From an uncultured Gemmatimonadales bacterium (lineage in GTDB: Bacteria; Gemmatimonadota; Gemmatimonadetes; Gemmatimonadales; GWC2-71-9): DNA of 64,000 bases. The stretch's first letter is position 1, and every line of letters starts with the position of its first letter. This document shows, piece by piece, positions 28,314 to 39,024 of this stretch. A model generated the notes under the pieces. The model made no database searches, was not told the DNA's origin, and saw only the letters and a list, made by a program, of their open reading frames with translations. The stretch lies in NCBI GenBank assembly GCA_963771275.1, contig CAVYSW010000010.1, forward strand, positions 320,001 through 384,000. Direction: 5' to 3'. The position numbers and the translations under genes were made by a program.

Positions 28314-29255
28314 ATGACGGAGTCCGTCTGTGTTGCCGCGGAGCTCGAGGAGCTGCTCGATCCCGAGCCGGTGCCCGGCTGCTGCATCGAGTGGCTCGAC
28401 GCCGGCGCCGCGACGCCGGTGGGGGCGCACGTGGCGATCGTGCCGCTGCTCTCGCGCCGGATCGGCGAGGTGGAGCTCGCGGGGCTGCCCCGGCTGCGGG
28501 TCGTGGCGAACTGCGCGGTCGGGGTCGACAACGTCGATCTCGCGGCGTGCGCGCGGCGCCGGGTGATTGTGACCAACACGCCGGACGTGCTGACCGACGC
28601 GACGGCCGACCTCACGATGGCGCTGATCCTCGCCGTGGCCCGACGCCTCGGCGAGGGCCAGCGCCTGATCGAGCGCGGCGCTTGGCAGGGGTGGGACCCC
28701 CGTCTCCTGCTCGGTCTCGAGCTGCGCGGCGCCATGCTCGGCATCGTCGGCGCGGGTCGCATCGGCCGCGCGGTGGGGCGAAGGGCCGTGGGGTTCGGCC
28801 TGCGGCTGTGTTACGCCGACGGCACGGCACAGAGCGCCTTCGAGCTCGAGACGGGAGCGCGGCGCCTTGCGCTGGACGAGCTGCTTGCCCGGTGCGACGT
28901 GGTGACGTTGCACCTGCCATCGACGCCCGAGACCCGGGGCCTGATCGGGCGGCAGGCGCTCGCGGGCATCCGGCGCGGGGCGATCCTCATCAACACGGCC
29001 CGGGGCGACATCGTGGACGAGCCGGCGGTGATCGCGGCGCTGGAGGAGGGACGGCTCGGCGGGGTGGGCCTCGATGTGTTCGCGCGCGAGCCGGACGTGC
29101 CGGCGGCCTTGATCCACCATCCCCGCGCCGTCGTGCTCCCGCATCTCGGCAGCGCGACCACCCACACCCGCCGGGCGATGGCCGCGCTTGCCGTGCGCAA
29201 CGTGAACGCGGTGCTGGCCGGGGAGCCTCCGCTCACGCCGGTTGGGCCTCGTTGA
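28314..29255 (+). CDS. D-2-hydroxyacid dehydrogenase (glyoxylate/hydroxypyruvate reductase-like)
   Basis: VTNTPDVLTDATAD, GAGRIG, INTARG, LDVFAREP and PHLGSAT. Confidence 0.93.
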   Translation: MTESVCVAAELEELLDPEPVPGCCIEWLDAGAATPVGAHVAIVPLLSRRIGEVELAGLPRLRVVANCAVGVDNVDLAACARRRVIVTNTPDVLTDATADLTMALILAVARRLGEGQRLIERGAWQGWDPRLLLGLELRGAMLGIVGAGRIGRAVGRRAVGFGLRLCYADGTAQSAFELETGARRLALDELLARCDVVTLHLPSTPETRGLIGRQALAGIRRGAILINTARGDIVDEPAVIAALEEGRLGGVGLDVFAREPDVPAALIHHPRAVVLPHLGSATTHTRRAMAALAVRNVNAVLAGEPPLTPVGPR

Positions 29256-29280
29256 CCCTGTTCCCTCGCGCCGCTACCTT
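29252..29280 (+). promoter_or_regulatory. Sigma70-type promoter of the pyr operon
   Basis: TTGACC-17 bp-TACCTT; ATG lies 9 nt downstream. Confidence 0.55.
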
Positions 29281-29289
29281 GCCTCCGCT

Positions 29290-29844
29290 ATGTCCGCCCC
29301 CGCGGGACGCACCACCCTCCTCGATGCCCGGGCGATTGCCGCGGCACTCGATCGTATGGCTCGGGAAATCATGGTGTTGGCCGGTGACCCGGACCGCCTG
29401 GTGCTGGTGGGGATCCAGCGCCGCGGCGTCGAGCTGGCCGACCGCGTCGGCGCCATCCTCGAACGGCAGCGCGGCGTACCCGTGCCGCGCGGCGCGCTCG
29501 ACATCACGCTGTACCGCGACGACCTGAACGAGATCGGGCCACGCCCGGTGATCGGCGAGACCCGCCTGCCCGGGGACCTCGACGGGAAGGTGGTGGTCAT
29601 CGTGGACGACGTGTTGTTCACCGGGCGCACCATCCGGGCGGCGCTCGATCAGATCGCCGATTTCGGCCGGCCGGCGCGCATCGGGCTCTGCGTCCTGATC
29701 GATCGGGGCGGCCGCGAGCTGCCGATCCAGGCCGATATCGTGGGCCAGAGCGTCGCCGCGGCCCCGCGCGATCGGGTGGACGTGTCGCTGTCGGAGGTGG
29801 ACGGGCGGGACAGCGTGGACCTCGTGCGGAGCGCGGCACCGTGA
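29290..29844 (+). CDS. pyrR: Pyrimidine operon regulator / uracil phosphoribosyltransferase
   Basis: [25 protein letters not shown] and [12 protein letters not shown]. Confidence 0.95.
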   Translation: MSAPAGRTTLLDARAIAAALDRMAREIMVLAGDPDRLVLVGIQRRGVELADRVGAILERQRGVPVPRGALDITLYRDDLNEIGPRPVIGETRLPGDLDGKVVVIVDDVLFTGRTIRAALDQIADFGRPARIGLCVLIDRGGRELPIQADIVGQSVAAAPRDRVDVSLSEVDGRDSVDLVRSAAP

Positions 29845-30809
29845 CCCTTGCCCTCGGCAAAGACCTCATCGGCCTCGAGTACCTCTCCCCCGAGCAGATT
29901 CGTCTCATTCTCGACACGGCGGAACCCTTCAAGGAAGTCAGCGAGCGCGCCATCAAGAAGGTCCCCACGCTGCGCGGCCAGACCATCGTGAACCTGTTCT
30001 ACGAGGCCTCGACCCGCACGCGCACGTCCTTCGAGTTCGCGGAGAAGCGGCTGTCGGCGGACACGGTGAACATCGCTGCGCAGGGCTCCTCGATCCAGAA
30101 GGGCGAGACGCTGGTGGACACGGCGCGCAACCTCGAGGCGATGCGGATCGACATGGTCGTGGTGCGGCACCCGTCCTCGGGGGCGGCGCAGTTCCTCGCG
30201 GAGCGGATCAACTCGAACGTGATCAACGCGGGCGACGGCACGCACGAGCATCCCACACAGGGGCTGCTCGACCTCCTCACGGTGCGGGACAAGCTGGGCA
30301 CGATCGCCGGCGCGCGGGTGTGCATCTGCGGCGACATCCTCCACAGCCGCGTCGCCCGCAGCAATATCTGGGGCCTGCTCAAGCTCGGGGCCGAGGTCGC
30401 GGTCTGTGGCCCGCAGTCGCTGCTGCCGCGGCACATCGAGCAGCTCGACGTCAGAGTGTTCCGCCGCATCGAGGACGCGATCGCCTGGGCGGACGTGCTG
30501 AACGTGCTGCGGCTGCAGCTCGAGCGGATGAACGCGGGGTTCATTCCGTCGCTGCGGGAGTACTACCGCGTGTTCGGCGTGACCGCGGAGCGTCTGGCGC
30601 GGGCGCCAAAGCCGCTGGTGATCCTGCATCCGGGGCCGATCAACCGCGGCGTGGAGATCGATTCCCAGGTGGCGGACGGCCCGCACAGCGTGATCCTGCA
30701 CCAGGTGACCAACGGCGTGGCGGTGCGCATGGCGGTGCTGTACCTGCTGACCGGCGGCCGGCCGGATCTGGCGGAGGCCGCCAAGGGCGGCCGGGAGGGC
30801 GGGGAATGA
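29841..30809 (+). CDS. pyrB: Aspartate carbamoyltransferase catalytic subunit
   Basis: [25 protein letters not shown] and HPGP. Confidence 0.97.
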   Translation: MTLALGKDLIGLEYLSPEQIRLILDTAEPFKEVSERAIKKVPTLRGQTIVNLFYEASTRTRTSFEFAEKRLSADTVNIAAQGSSIQKGETLVDTARNLEAMRIDMVVVRHPSSGAAQFLAERINSNVINAGDGTHEHPTQGLLDLLTVRDKLGTIAGARVCICGDILHSRVARSNIWGLLKLGAEVAVCGPQSLLPRHIEQLDVRVFRRIEDAIAWADVLNVLRLQLERMNAGFIPSLREYYRVFGVTAERLARAPKPLVILHPGPINRGVEIDSQVADGPHSVILHQVTNGVAVRMAVLYLLTGGRPDLAEAAKGGREGGE

Positions 30810-32089
30810 AGCCGCTGCTGCTCAAGGGCGGGCGGATCATCGATCCTTCGCGGGGGTTCGATCAGACGGCCGACCTGCTGGTGCAGGACGGCGTGATCGC
30901 CGGCGTGGGGCGCGGGCTCGGCGCGCCCGATGGGGTCGAAACGATGGACGTGGCCGGCCTGGTGGTGGCGCCGGGCCTGATCGATCTGCACACCCACCTG
31001 CGCGAGCCGGGCTACGAGGATCGGGAGACGATCGCCACCGGCGCGATGGCGGCGGCGGCCGGCGGCTTCACGGCGGTCTGCGCCATGCCGAACACGGATC
31101 CGCCGATCGACAACCAGTCCGCGGTGGGCTTCGTGGTGAAGCAGGGCCTGGCCGCGGCGGCGGCGCGGGTCTACCCCATCGGGGCGGTCTCGCTGGGGCA
31201 GAAGGGCGAGCAGCTCGCCGAGTTCGGCGAGCTGGTGGGCGCCGGAGCGGTCGCGGTGAGCGACGACGGACACCCGGTGGCCTCGGGGCACCTGATGCGC
31301 ACGGCGCTGGAGTACGCGCGCACGTTCGGCATTCCGGTCGCGGACCACTGCGAGGAGCCGAGCCTGGCGCAGGGCGGCGTGATGCACGAAGGCCTGGTCG
31401 CGACGCGGCTCGGGCTCAAGGGGATCCCCGCGGTGGCCGAGGAGATCATGGTGGCCCGCGACATCCTGCTCGCGCGCCTGACGAGTGGGCGGGTGCACCT
31501 GTGTCACATGTCCACGCGCGGGTCGGTGGACCTGATCCGCCGCGCCAAGGACGAAGGGCTGGCGGTGACCGCGGAGGCGACGCCGCACCATTTCACGCTG
31601 ACGCACGACGCCTGCAACGGTTACAACACCAACGCGAAGATGAACCCGCCGCTGCGCGAGCCCGAGGACGTCGCGGCGATCCGCGCGGCGCTGAAGGACG
31701 GGACGATCGACGTGATCGCCACGGATCACGCCCCGCATCACTACGACGCCAAGGAGCGGGACTTCGACGACGCGCCGTTCGGCATCGTCGGGCTCGAGAC
31801 GGCGCTGGGCCTGGGGCTCACGGTGCTGGTGGAGGGCGGCGTGCTCACGCTGCCCGAGCTGGTCGCCCGCATGAGCACCGTTCCGGCGCGGACGTTCCGG
31901 CTGCCCGGCGGCGGACTGGCGCCGGGCGCTCCAGCCGACGTGGTCGTGTTCGACCCGCAGGCCCGGACGAGGGTCGACCCGCAGCGGTTCTACTCCAAGA
32001 GCCGCAACACCCCGTTCGGCGGCCGGGAGCTGGCGGGGCGCGTCGTGCGCACCCTGGTGGGGGGACGTACGGTCTACGGCGCGGTATGA
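30806..32089 (+). CDS. pyrC: Dihydroorotase
   Basis: [21 protein letters not shown] and ATDHAPH. Confidence 0.96.
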   Translation: MKPLLLKGGRIIDPSRGFDQTADLLVQDGVIAGVGRGLGAPDGVETMDVAGLVVAPGLIDLHTHLREPGYEDRETIATGAMAAAAGGFTAVCAMPNTDPPIDNQSAVGFVVKQGLAAAAARVYPIGAVSLGQKGEQLAEFGELVGAGAVAVSDDGHPVASGHLMRTALEYARTFGIPVADHCEEPSLAQGGVMHEGLVATRLGLKGIPAVAEEIMVARDILLARLTSGRVHLCHMSTRGSVDLIRRAKDEGLAVTAEATPHHFTLTHDACNGYNTNAKMNPPLREPEDVAAIRAALKDGTIDVIATDHAPHHYDAKERDFDDAPFGIVGLETALGLGLTVLVEGGVLTLPELVARMSTVPARTFRLPGGGLAPGAPADVVVFDPQARTRVDPQRFYSKSRNTPFGGRELAGRVVRTLVGGRTVYGAV

Positions 32090-32160
32090 GGGACGACGTT
32101 TCGCCGTTCAGCGGTCCGGGGTTATCTTGTCCCCATTCCCGGGGGCTCAGGGGGTAGCGG

Positions 32161-33066
32161 GTGGCCAGAAAGAGGGACAAGTCGGCGTCGGAGATCCAGC
32201 GCCTGCTCGAGGACCGGCGCCGGATCGAGCAATGGCTGCAGCGCCTGGCGATGGCGGCTGACAAGACGCCGCCCGCGGTGCGCGAGCGGGTGCAGGGCGA
32301 CTACGAGACTCGGCTCACGGCCGTCGTGGAGGAACTCAAGGGCTACGCGGACGACATCCACTCGTCGCTGTCCGACCTGCACGGGCGGCGCGACGACTTC
32401 AAGGGCCAGGAGCGCGAAGCGACCGAGGAGCTGGCGGAAGCCGAGCTGCGGCACGCCGTCGGCGAATTCGGCGAGGCCGAGTGGCGCGAGAAGAAGGGCT
32501 CGATCCTCGAGCGTCTGATCACGATCCGCGAGGGGCTGGCGGAAACCGAGGAGGAGATCACCGAGCTCGAGGAAGTGCTGGACGCGGTGGAGTCGCCGCC
32601 GGCGCCCGCCGCCGAGCCCGCGCGGTCGTCGGGTGCGCACGTGGTCCCACAGGCCGCCGCGAGCGCCCCGGCGGAGCGGCTCTCGCTCGGATCCGAGCTG
32701 GGGCTGCGGGACCTGAGCCGCGCGCCCGCGCGGGTGGAGCCGCCCCCGCCGCCACGCGTCGAGCAGCGTCCGGAGCCGGCGCCCGAGCCGGAGCCCGTGC
32801 TCGAGCCGGAATCACGCTCCGAGGATTTCGGCGACGAGCTGGCCTTCCTCAAGGCCGTGACCGACGAGAAGCGTCCTGCGGAATCCTCCCGCCGGGGGCC
32901 CGCCAGGCCGGCGGCCGTCGAGAAGGCGTCGGAAGCGCCCGCTGTGGGGCAGTCGCGCCCGAGCGTGATCAATCAGCGGACGCTGAAATGCGGCGAGTGC
33001 GGCGCGATGAACCTGCCGACCGAGTGGTACTGCGACCGCTGTGGAGCGGAGCTGGCCGCCCTCTGA
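32161..33066 (+). CDS. Coiled-coil protein with Pro-rich linker and C-terminal zinc ribbon
   Basis: Glu-rich helical N-half; CGECG...WYCDRCG at the C-terminus. Confidence 0.85.
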   Translation: MARKRDKSASEIQRLLEDRRRIEQWLQRLAMAADKTPPAVRERVQGDYETRLTAVVEELKGYADDIHSSLSDLHGRRDDFKGQEREATEELAEAELRHAVGEFGEAEWREKKGSILERLITIREGLAETEEEITELEEVLDAVESPPAPAAEPARSSGAHVVPQAAASAPAERLSLGSELGLRDLSRAPARVEPPPPPRVEQRPEPAPEPEPVLEPESRSEDFGDELAFLKAVTDEKRPAESSRRGPARPAAVEKASEAPAVGQSRPSVINQRTLKCGECGAMNLPTEWYCDRCGAELAAL

Positions 33067-33145
33067 GGGGCGGTGGGGACCAAGAGCGAGACGGGGCGCA
33101 CGACCGACCGTGCGCCCCGTCTGCTGTTTCGGATCGGCGTCGGCG

Positions 33146-33397
33146 CTACGACTTGCGCGCCGCCTTCGCGAGCCGCGACTTGAGACGCGCGGCTGTGTTG
33201 CGATGGATCAGGCCCTTGCGGGCTGCGCGGTCCAGCTCCGTCTCGGCCGCCTTGAACGCCTGCGTGGCCTCCTCGGGCGTCGCGGCGCCGCGCGCCTTCT
33301 TCACGGCCGTGCGCAAGGCGGCGCGCTGCGGGCGATTGCGGGCCCGGCCGCGGGCGGTCTGGCGCATGCGTTTCTTGGCTGAGCGGGTGTTCGGCAC
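33146..33397 (-). CDS. rpsT: 30S ribosomal protein S20
   Basis: VPNTRSAKKRMRQ...LDRAARKGLIHRNTAARLKSRL. Confidence 0.96.
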   Translation of the reverse strand: MPNTRSAKKRMRQTARGRARNRPQRAALRTAVKKARGAATPEEATQAFKAAETELDRAARKGLIHRNTAARLKSRLAKAARKS

Positions 33398-33437
33398 GTC
33401 GTTTTCCCTCGGTGTCTGGACCGGCGAAAGAGGCGGA

Positions 33438-33508
33438 AACCTATGGCGCAAGTCACGTGGAGTCAAGGCTGTAGGGGCTTTGACACTCGTCGCCGCCGCG
33501 GTTACGTT
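33438..33508. promoter_or_regulatory. Divergent sigma70 promoters for rpsT and scpA
   Basis: Minus strand TTGACT-17-TAGGTT (33466-33438); plus strand TTGACA-17-TACGTT (33480-33508). Confidence 0.65.
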
Positions 33509-33519
33509 GCCGTGATCCG

Positions 33520-34254
33520 ATGACGCAGCTTCCTGCCCCGCCGCATGACCAGGGCTTCATCGTCCGCCTCGAGGAATACTCCGGGCCGCTCGACCTGCTG
33601 CTCACGCTGATCCGCGAGCAGGAGATCGACATCGCCGACATCCCGATCGCCCAGATCGCCGACCAGTTCATGGCCGCGATCCACCAACTCGGGTTGAACC
33701 AGGCGGCCGACTATCTCGAGATGGCCGCCCGGCTGCTGCGCATCAAGATCCAGCTGCTGTTGCCGCGGCCGCTGGACGACGAGGACTGGGAGGACCCCCG
33801 CGCGGAGCTGGTGCGCCGGCTGCTCGAATACGAGCAGATTCGCGAGGTCGTGGACTGGCTGGTCGAGCGCGCCACGCTGCGGGCCGACCGATTCGCCCGG
33901 GGATGGCTGCCGCTGGCGCCGGACGTGCCGCCCGCGCCCGTGCCGCTCGATCTGCCGGCGCTGCTGCAGGCGGTCGAGGACGTGATCCGCGGGCTGCCGC
34001 AGCCGATGCTGCACCGGGTCGTGCCGCGCCCGCTCGACGTGGAGGGCGCGACCCGGCGGATCGAGGCGCTGCTCGGCGAGCGCGAGCGGTTTGCCCTGCG
34101 CGATGCGTTCGGCCCCGCTCCCACGATCGCAGACGTGATCTCCACCCTGCTGGCGATTCTCGAGCTGGCGCGGGTCGGGCGCATCCGCGTCATGCAGCGC
34201 TCCCCCTTCGGCACCGTGGACGTCTCCCGTGGATCGATTGAACAGGCTGCTTGA
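33520..34254 (+). CDS. scpA: Segregation/condensation protein A
   Basis: YSGPLDLLLTLI, DPRAELVRRLLEY and LAILELAR. Confidence 0.93.
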   Translation: MTQLPAPPHDQGFIVRLEEYSGPLDLLLTLIREQEIDIADIPIAQIADQFMAAIHQLGLNQAADYLEMAARLLRIKIQLLLPRPLDDEDWEDPRAELVRRLLEYEQIREVVDWLVERATLRADRFARGWLPLAPDVPPAPVPLDLPALLQAVEDVIRGLPQPMLHRVVPRPLDVEGATRRIEALLGERERFALRDAFGPAPTIADVISTLLAILELARVGRIRVMQRSPFGTVDVSRGSIEQAA

Positions 34255-34786
34255 AGCGGCGCTGTTCGCCGCGTCGCGACCGCTCGCGCTCGACGAGCTG
34301 CGCCGGCTGGATCCCGAGGCGACCGACGACGAGGTGGTGGCGGCGCTCGACGGGCTGCGGCGGCGCTACGACGACGGTGGGCACGGGATCGCGCTGGTCG
34401 CCCTGGCCGACGGCTACCAGATCCTCACCCGGCCCGAGCTCGCCGACGCCATCGCGGAGGCGCAGATCGTCGACCGGCCCCGCAAGCTCTCGACCCCCGC
34501 CATGGAGACCCTGGCCATCATCGCCTACCGCCAGCCGGTTGGGCGGGCGGAGGTCGAGGAGATCCGCGGGGTCGCGGCGGACGGCGTGCTGCGCCTGCTG
34601 CTCGAGCGCGGGCTGATCGACGTGGTGGCGCGGGGGGAAGGCCTCGGGCGGCCGCTGCTGTATGGCACGACGCCGGCGTTCCTCGAGCTGCTGGGCCTGC
34701 CGTCGATCGCCGAGCTGCCCCGGCTCGACGAGCTGTCCGTGGCGCTGACGCCGATCGCGCGGCCCAGCCTCGACGAGGTCACGTGA
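34229..34786 (+). CDS. scpB: Segregation/condensation protein B
   Basis: LEAALFA, ETLAIIAYRQP, IRGV and GRPLLYGTT. Confidence 0.95.
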   Translation: MDRLNRLLEAALFAASRPLALDELRRLDPEATDDEVVAALDGLRRRYDDGGHGIALVALADGYQILTRPELADAIAEAQIVDRPRKLSTPAMETLAIIAYRQPVGRAEVEEIRGVAADGVLRLLLERGLIDVVARGEGLGRPLLYGTTPAFLELLGLPSIAELPRLDELSVALTPIARPSLDEVT

Positions 34787-35499
34787 CGGCGATGCGGCTG
34801 CAGCGCGCGCTCGCGCGCGCCGGCGTCGCCTCGCGCCGCGCCGCCGAGGAGCTGATCCGCGGCGGCCGGGTGCGGGTCAACGGCCAGGTCGCGAGCCTCG
34901 GCAGCTCGGCGGATCCCGCGGTGGATACGATCACCGTCGACGGCCGGCGCGTGCGCGCCGGGGCCGAGGACGTCTGGATCGCGCTGCACAAGCCCGTGGG
35001 GTACGTCGTCAGTCGCAGCGATCCCGAGGGTCGCCGCACCGTGTTCCAGCTGGTGCCGCGGGTGCCCGGCCTCACCTACGTGGGCCGGCTCGACGTGATG
35101 ACCGACGGCCTGCTGCTGCTCACCACCGACGGGGCGGCCGCCAACCTGTTGACGCACCCCCGTCACGGCGTCGAGCGGAGCTACCGCGCGCTGGTGCACG
35201 GCCGCTCCACGGAGGACGTGCGCCGGCTGCTCGCCCGGCCCGTCGTGATCGACGGCCGGCCGGTGAACGTCACGCGCGCGCGGGTCCGGGCCGCGGAGGG
35301 CGGCCGCACGGACGTCACGCTGGTGCTGGCCGAAGGGCGCTACCGCATCGTGCGCCGGCTGTGCGAGCGGCTCGAGCTCAAGGTCGAGCGGCTCACGCGC
35401 CTGAGCCACGGGCCGGTCCAGCTCGGCCGGATGGCGTCCGGGACCTGGCGCCATCTCACGAAGGCCGAGCGCGCGGGGCTCCGCGCGCTCCGGACATAG
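34783..35499 (+). CDS. rluB: rRNA pseudouridine synthase (RsuA/RluB family)
   Basis: S4 domain RLQRALARAGVASRR; catalytic VGRLD. Confidence 0.88.
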   Translation: MTAMRLQRALARAGVASRRAAEELIRGGRVRVNGQVASLGSSADPAVDTITVDGRRVRAGAEDVWIALHKPVGYVVSRSDPEGRRTVFQLVPRVPGLTYVGRLDVMTDGLLLLTTDGAAANLLTHPRHGVERSYRALVHGRSTEDVRRLLARPVVIDGRPVNVTRARVRAAEGGRTDVTLVLAEGRYRIVRRLCERLELKVERLTRLSHGPVQLGRMASGTWRHLTKAERAGLRALRT

Positions 35500-35516
35500 G
35501 CGATCGAGACCACGGC

Positions 35517-37160
35517 ATGGACATACGCGACCGGACCATTCTGATCCTCGGCGGCAGCGGCCTCGTCGGCCACGCGATCGCGCGACGGCTGCTCACGCTT
35601 GGCCCCCGGCGGGTCGTGCTGGTCGGCCTGTACGAGGACGAGCTGCGGCAGGCGGCGGAAACGCTGGCGCCGCACCGCGGCGCGGCGGCGATCGAGATCG
35701 AGTGGGGCAACGTGTTCCTGCCCACCGGGGCCGCCCGGGTCGATCGCGCCGTGGCCTTGGCCGACCCGGCGCTGCGCCGCCAGATGCTGGAGGACGTGGT
35801 CGGCGAGCTCACGCCGGCGGTCCTGCAGCGCAGCTTCCTCTACCAGCTGTTCCAGCGTCACGAGCCCGAGGTGGTGGTCGACTGCATCAACACCGCCACC
35901 GCGTTCGCCTACCAGGACATCCTGCACTCGGCGCGCGCGCTGCTCGCCGCGGCGGATGCGGGGACCGCGTCGCGCGATCTCGTCGAGCAGCACGTGCTCA
36001 CGCTCACCATGCCCCAGCTGATCCGGCACATCCAGATCCTCGCCGAGACGATGCGCGTGTTCCGCACGCAGGCGTACGTGAAGATCGGGACGAGCGGCAC
36101 CGGCGGCATGGGGCTCAACATCCCCTACACGCATTCCGAGGAGCGGCCGTCGCGCACGCTGCTCACCAAGTCGGCGGTGGCGGGCGCCCACTCGATGCTG
36201 CTGTTCCTGCTGGCGCGGACGCCGTGGGCGCCAAGCACGATCGAGATCAAGCCGACGGCGGCGATCGCGTGGCGCGAGATCGACTTCGGGCCGATCCGGC
36301 GGCGCGGGGCGCCGATCCCGCGGGTGGACTGCCCCGAGCCGCTGCCCGTGGCGGCCGCGTTCCGGCCCGACGCAGCGGGCTGGCGCGCCACCGGCCGCGC
36401 CCTCGAGTCGGTGTTCGTGGACGTGGGGGAGAACGGGCTGTTCGCGCGCGACGAGTTCGAGACGCTCACGGCGCTCGGCTCGATGGAGTTCATCACGGCC
36501 GAGGAGATCGCGGACTACGTGCTGCTCGAGCTGCAGGGGCGTCCCACCGGCCGGGACATCGTCGCGGCGCTCGACTCGGCGACGGCCGGCCCGACCTACC
36601 AGGCAGGCATCCTGCGGGCATTCGCCATCGAGCGGCTCAAGCTGCTCGAGGCGCGGCACGGCGTGCGGCCGGTGGCGTTCGAGATGCTGGGGCCCCCCCG
36701 CCTGTCGAAGAACCTGTTCGAGGGCTTCATCTGGTCCCGGCTGCGCGGCTCGGTGCGCGCGCTGGCGGAGAGCCGGCCGGGCGATCTCGCCGACGCCGCC
36801 GCGCACCTCGTGCGCGGCGACGCGGAGCTGCGGTCGATGATCCTCACGGTGGGCCTGCCGATCCTCGTGGCGGGCGACCGCGTGTACCGCGGCGCCACGG
36901 TGATCGTGCCGCCGGCCGACGGCGACGTCGACGCGGCGGCCGCGCGCGGGTGGGTGGACCTGCGGGCGGCGAGCTGCGCCACCTGGATTCGGCGGGCAGG
37001 GCAGGTGCTGGAGCAGGAAGCGGCGCGGCAGGCGGCCGCCCGCGGGACCGGCAGCGACGAGCCGTGGGGCGCGATGGTGGCGACCGACGCGATCGAGCCC
37101 GCCCGGTTCGCCACATGGATCTTCAAGTACGAGGACGAAGGGGAGCGAATCAAGCGATGA
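35517..37160 (+). CDS. Atypical Rossmann-fold (SDR-like) protein of unknown function
   Basis: ILGGSGLVG nucleotide-binding motif; KIGTSGTGGMGLNIPYTHSE. Confidence 0.8.
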   Translation: MDIRDRTILILGGSGLVGHAIARRLLTLGPRRVVLVGLYEDELRQAAETLAPHRGAAAIEIEWGNVFLPTGAARVDRAVALADPALRRQMLEDVVGELTPAVLQRSFLYQLFQRHEPEVVVDCINTATAFAYQDILHSARALLAAADAGTASRDLVEQHVLTLTMPQLIRHIQILAETMRVFRTQAYVKIGTSGTGGMGLNIPYTHSEERPSRTLLTKSAVAGAHSMLLFLLARTPWAPSTIEIKPTAAIAWREIDFGPIRRRGAPIPRVDCPEPLPVAAAFRPDAAGWRATGRALESVFVDVGENGLFARDEFETLTALGSMEFITAEEIADYVLLELQGRPTGRDIVAALDSATAGPTYQAGILRAFAIERLKLLEARHGVRPVAFEMLGPPRLSKNLFEGFIWSRLRGSVRALAESRPGDLADAAAHLVRGDAELRSMILTVGLPILVAGDRVYRGATVIVPPADGDVDAAAARGWVDLRAASCATWIRRAGQVLEQEAARQAAARGTGSDEPWGAMVATDAIEPARFATWIFKYEDEGERIKR

Positions 37161-38131
37161 CGTCCCGTGCCGCCCCGTCGGGGGATGCGCCGCTCACGAC
37201 CACGATCGTGCAGGAGGTCGCGCGGCGGGTCGTGGGCCAGGAGGCGATGGTGGAGCGCCTGCTCATCGGCTTGCTCACGGGCGGGCATATCCTGCTCGAA
37301 GGCGTGCCGGGGCTCGCGAAGACGCTGGCGGTCCGCTCGCTCGCCGAGGCGATCCGCACCACGTTCCGCCGGATCCAGTTCACGCCCGACCTGCTGCCGG
37401 CGGACATCATCGGCACGATGGTGTTCGACCAGCGGACCGGCGAGTTCCGGCCGAAGCGGGGACCGCTGTTCGCCAACATCGTGCTGGCCGACGAAGTGAA
37501 CCGGGCGCCGCCCAAGGTGCAGGCGGCGCTGCTCGAGGCGATGCAGGAAAAGCAGGTGACGATCGGCGGCGACACCCACCTGCTGGCCGAGCCGTTCATC
37601 GTGCTCGCCACGCAGAACCCGATCGAGCAGGAGGGGACCTACCCCCTGCCCGAGGCGCAGCTCGACCGGTTCATGCTGAAGGTGCACGTGGGCTATCCGA
37701 CGCGTGAGGAGGAGAAGGAGATCCTCTGGCGCATGGCGGGCGGCCGGCCGATCCCGATCACGGCGGTGGCGGAGGCGACCGACATCCTGGCGCTGCGCCA
37801 GACGATCGCCGAGCTGTACATGGACCAGAAGATCGTGGACTACGTGGTGGACGTGGTGCGCGCGACCCGCGAGCCGCAGAAGGTAGGCCTGCACGAGGTG
37901 AAGCCGCTGATCGCCTACGGGGCCAGCCCGCGGGCGTCGATCTACCTCGCCCAGGCGGCGCGGGCGCACGCCTACCTGCGGGGCCGCGCGTACGTGGTGC
38001 CCGAGGACGTGAAGGCGATGGCGTTCGACGTGCTGCGCCATCGCGTGCTGCTCACCTTCGAGGCCGAGGCGGAGGACCTCACCTCGGACGACGTGATCGC
38101 GAAGGTGCTGGGCGCCGTGCCGGTGCCGTGA
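37157..38131 (+). CDS. moxR: MoxR-family AAA+ ATPase
   Basis: EGVPGLAKT, RIQFTPDLLP, DEVNRAPPKVQ and ATQNPIEQEGTYPLPEAQLDRF. Confidence 0.96.
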   Translation: MTSRAAPSGDAPLTTTIVQEVARRVVGQEAMVERLLIGLLTGGHILLEGVPGLAKTLAVRSLAEAIRTTFRRIQFTPDLLPADIIGTMVFDQRTGEFRPKRGPLFANIVLADEVNRAPPKVQAALLEAMQEKQVTIGGDTHLLAEPFIVLATQNPIEQEGTYPLPEAQLDRFMLKVHVGYPTREEEKEILWRMAGGRPIPITAVAEATDILALRQTIAELYMDQKIVDYVVDVVRATREPQKVGLHEVKPLIAYGASPRASIYLAQAARAHAYLRGRAYVVPEDVKAMAFDVLRHRVLLTFEAEAEDLTSDDVIAKVLGAVPVP

Positions 38132-39024
38132 TGCGGGCCGCGCGGGTCGTAAGCGCCGACGTCCTGCGCCAGGTCAAGCTGATCGAGCTCAGGGCGCGCC
38201 GGCTCGTCACCACCCTGTTCTCCGGCGAGTACCGCTCGGTGTTCCGCGGGCAGGGGATCGAGTTCGCGGAAGTCCGGGCGTACGAGCTGGGCGACGACTT
38301 CCGGGCGATCGACTGGAACGTCTCGGCGCGCATGGGCTCGCCGTTCGTCAAGACGTTCGAGGAGGAGCGCGAGCTGACGCTCTTCCTGCTGGTGGATCGC
38401 TCGGGCTCGGTCAACTTCGGGCGGCCGCGCTACAAGGCCGACGTCGCGCTCGAGGTGGCCGCCGTGCTCGCCCTCGCCGCCGCGCGGCAGAACGACCGGG
38501 TCGGCGCCCTGTTGTTCGCCGACACCGTGGAACAGGTGGTGCCGCCCGCCAAGGGACGCCGCCACGTGCTGCGCGTGATCCGCGACCTGCTGGCGTTCAC
38601 GCCGGCCGGCAAGGGCACCAACCTCGGCGCCGCGCTGGGGTACGCGTCGCGCCTGCTGCGGCACCGCGCGATCGTCGTGGTGATCTCCGATTTCCGGGCG
38701 ACCGGCTGGGAGCTGCCGCTGCAGCGCCTGGGCCGGCGCCACGAGGTGGTGGCGATCACCGTGGACGATCCCCGCGAGATCGAGCTGCCCGATTCCGGGT
38801 GGGTCGAGCTGGAGGACCTCGAGACCGGCCAGCGGGCGCTGGTCGACACCTCGGATGAGGGCGCGCGCCTCAAGCTGCGGATCGCCGCCGAGGAGCTGCG
38901 GCTCGCCCGCGCGCGCCTGCTGCAGCGCGCCAGCGTGGATCACGTTCCCCTGATGACCGACCGGCCCTACGCGCAGACGCTGCACACGGCGTTCGCCGCG
39001 CGCGCGCGCCGGCTCAAGCGGTGA
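38128..39024 (+). CDS. DUF58 (vWA-like) protein
   Basis: GIEFAEVRAYELGDD, IDWNVSAR, DRSGS and VISDF. Confidence 0.93.
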   Translation: MMRAARVVSADVLRQVKLIELRARRLVTTLFSGEYRSVFRGQGIEFAEVRAYELGDDFRAIDWNVSARMGSPFVKTFEEERELTLFLLVDRSGSVNFGRPRYKADVALEVAAVLALAAARQNDRVGALLFADTVEQVVPPAKGRRHVLRVIRDLLAFTPAGKGTNLGAALGYASRLLRHRAIVVVISDFRATGWELPLQRLGRRHEVVAITVDDPREIELPDSGWVELEDLETGQRALVDTSDEGARLKLRIAAEELRLARARLLQRASVDHVPLMTDRPYAQTLHTAFAARARRLKR

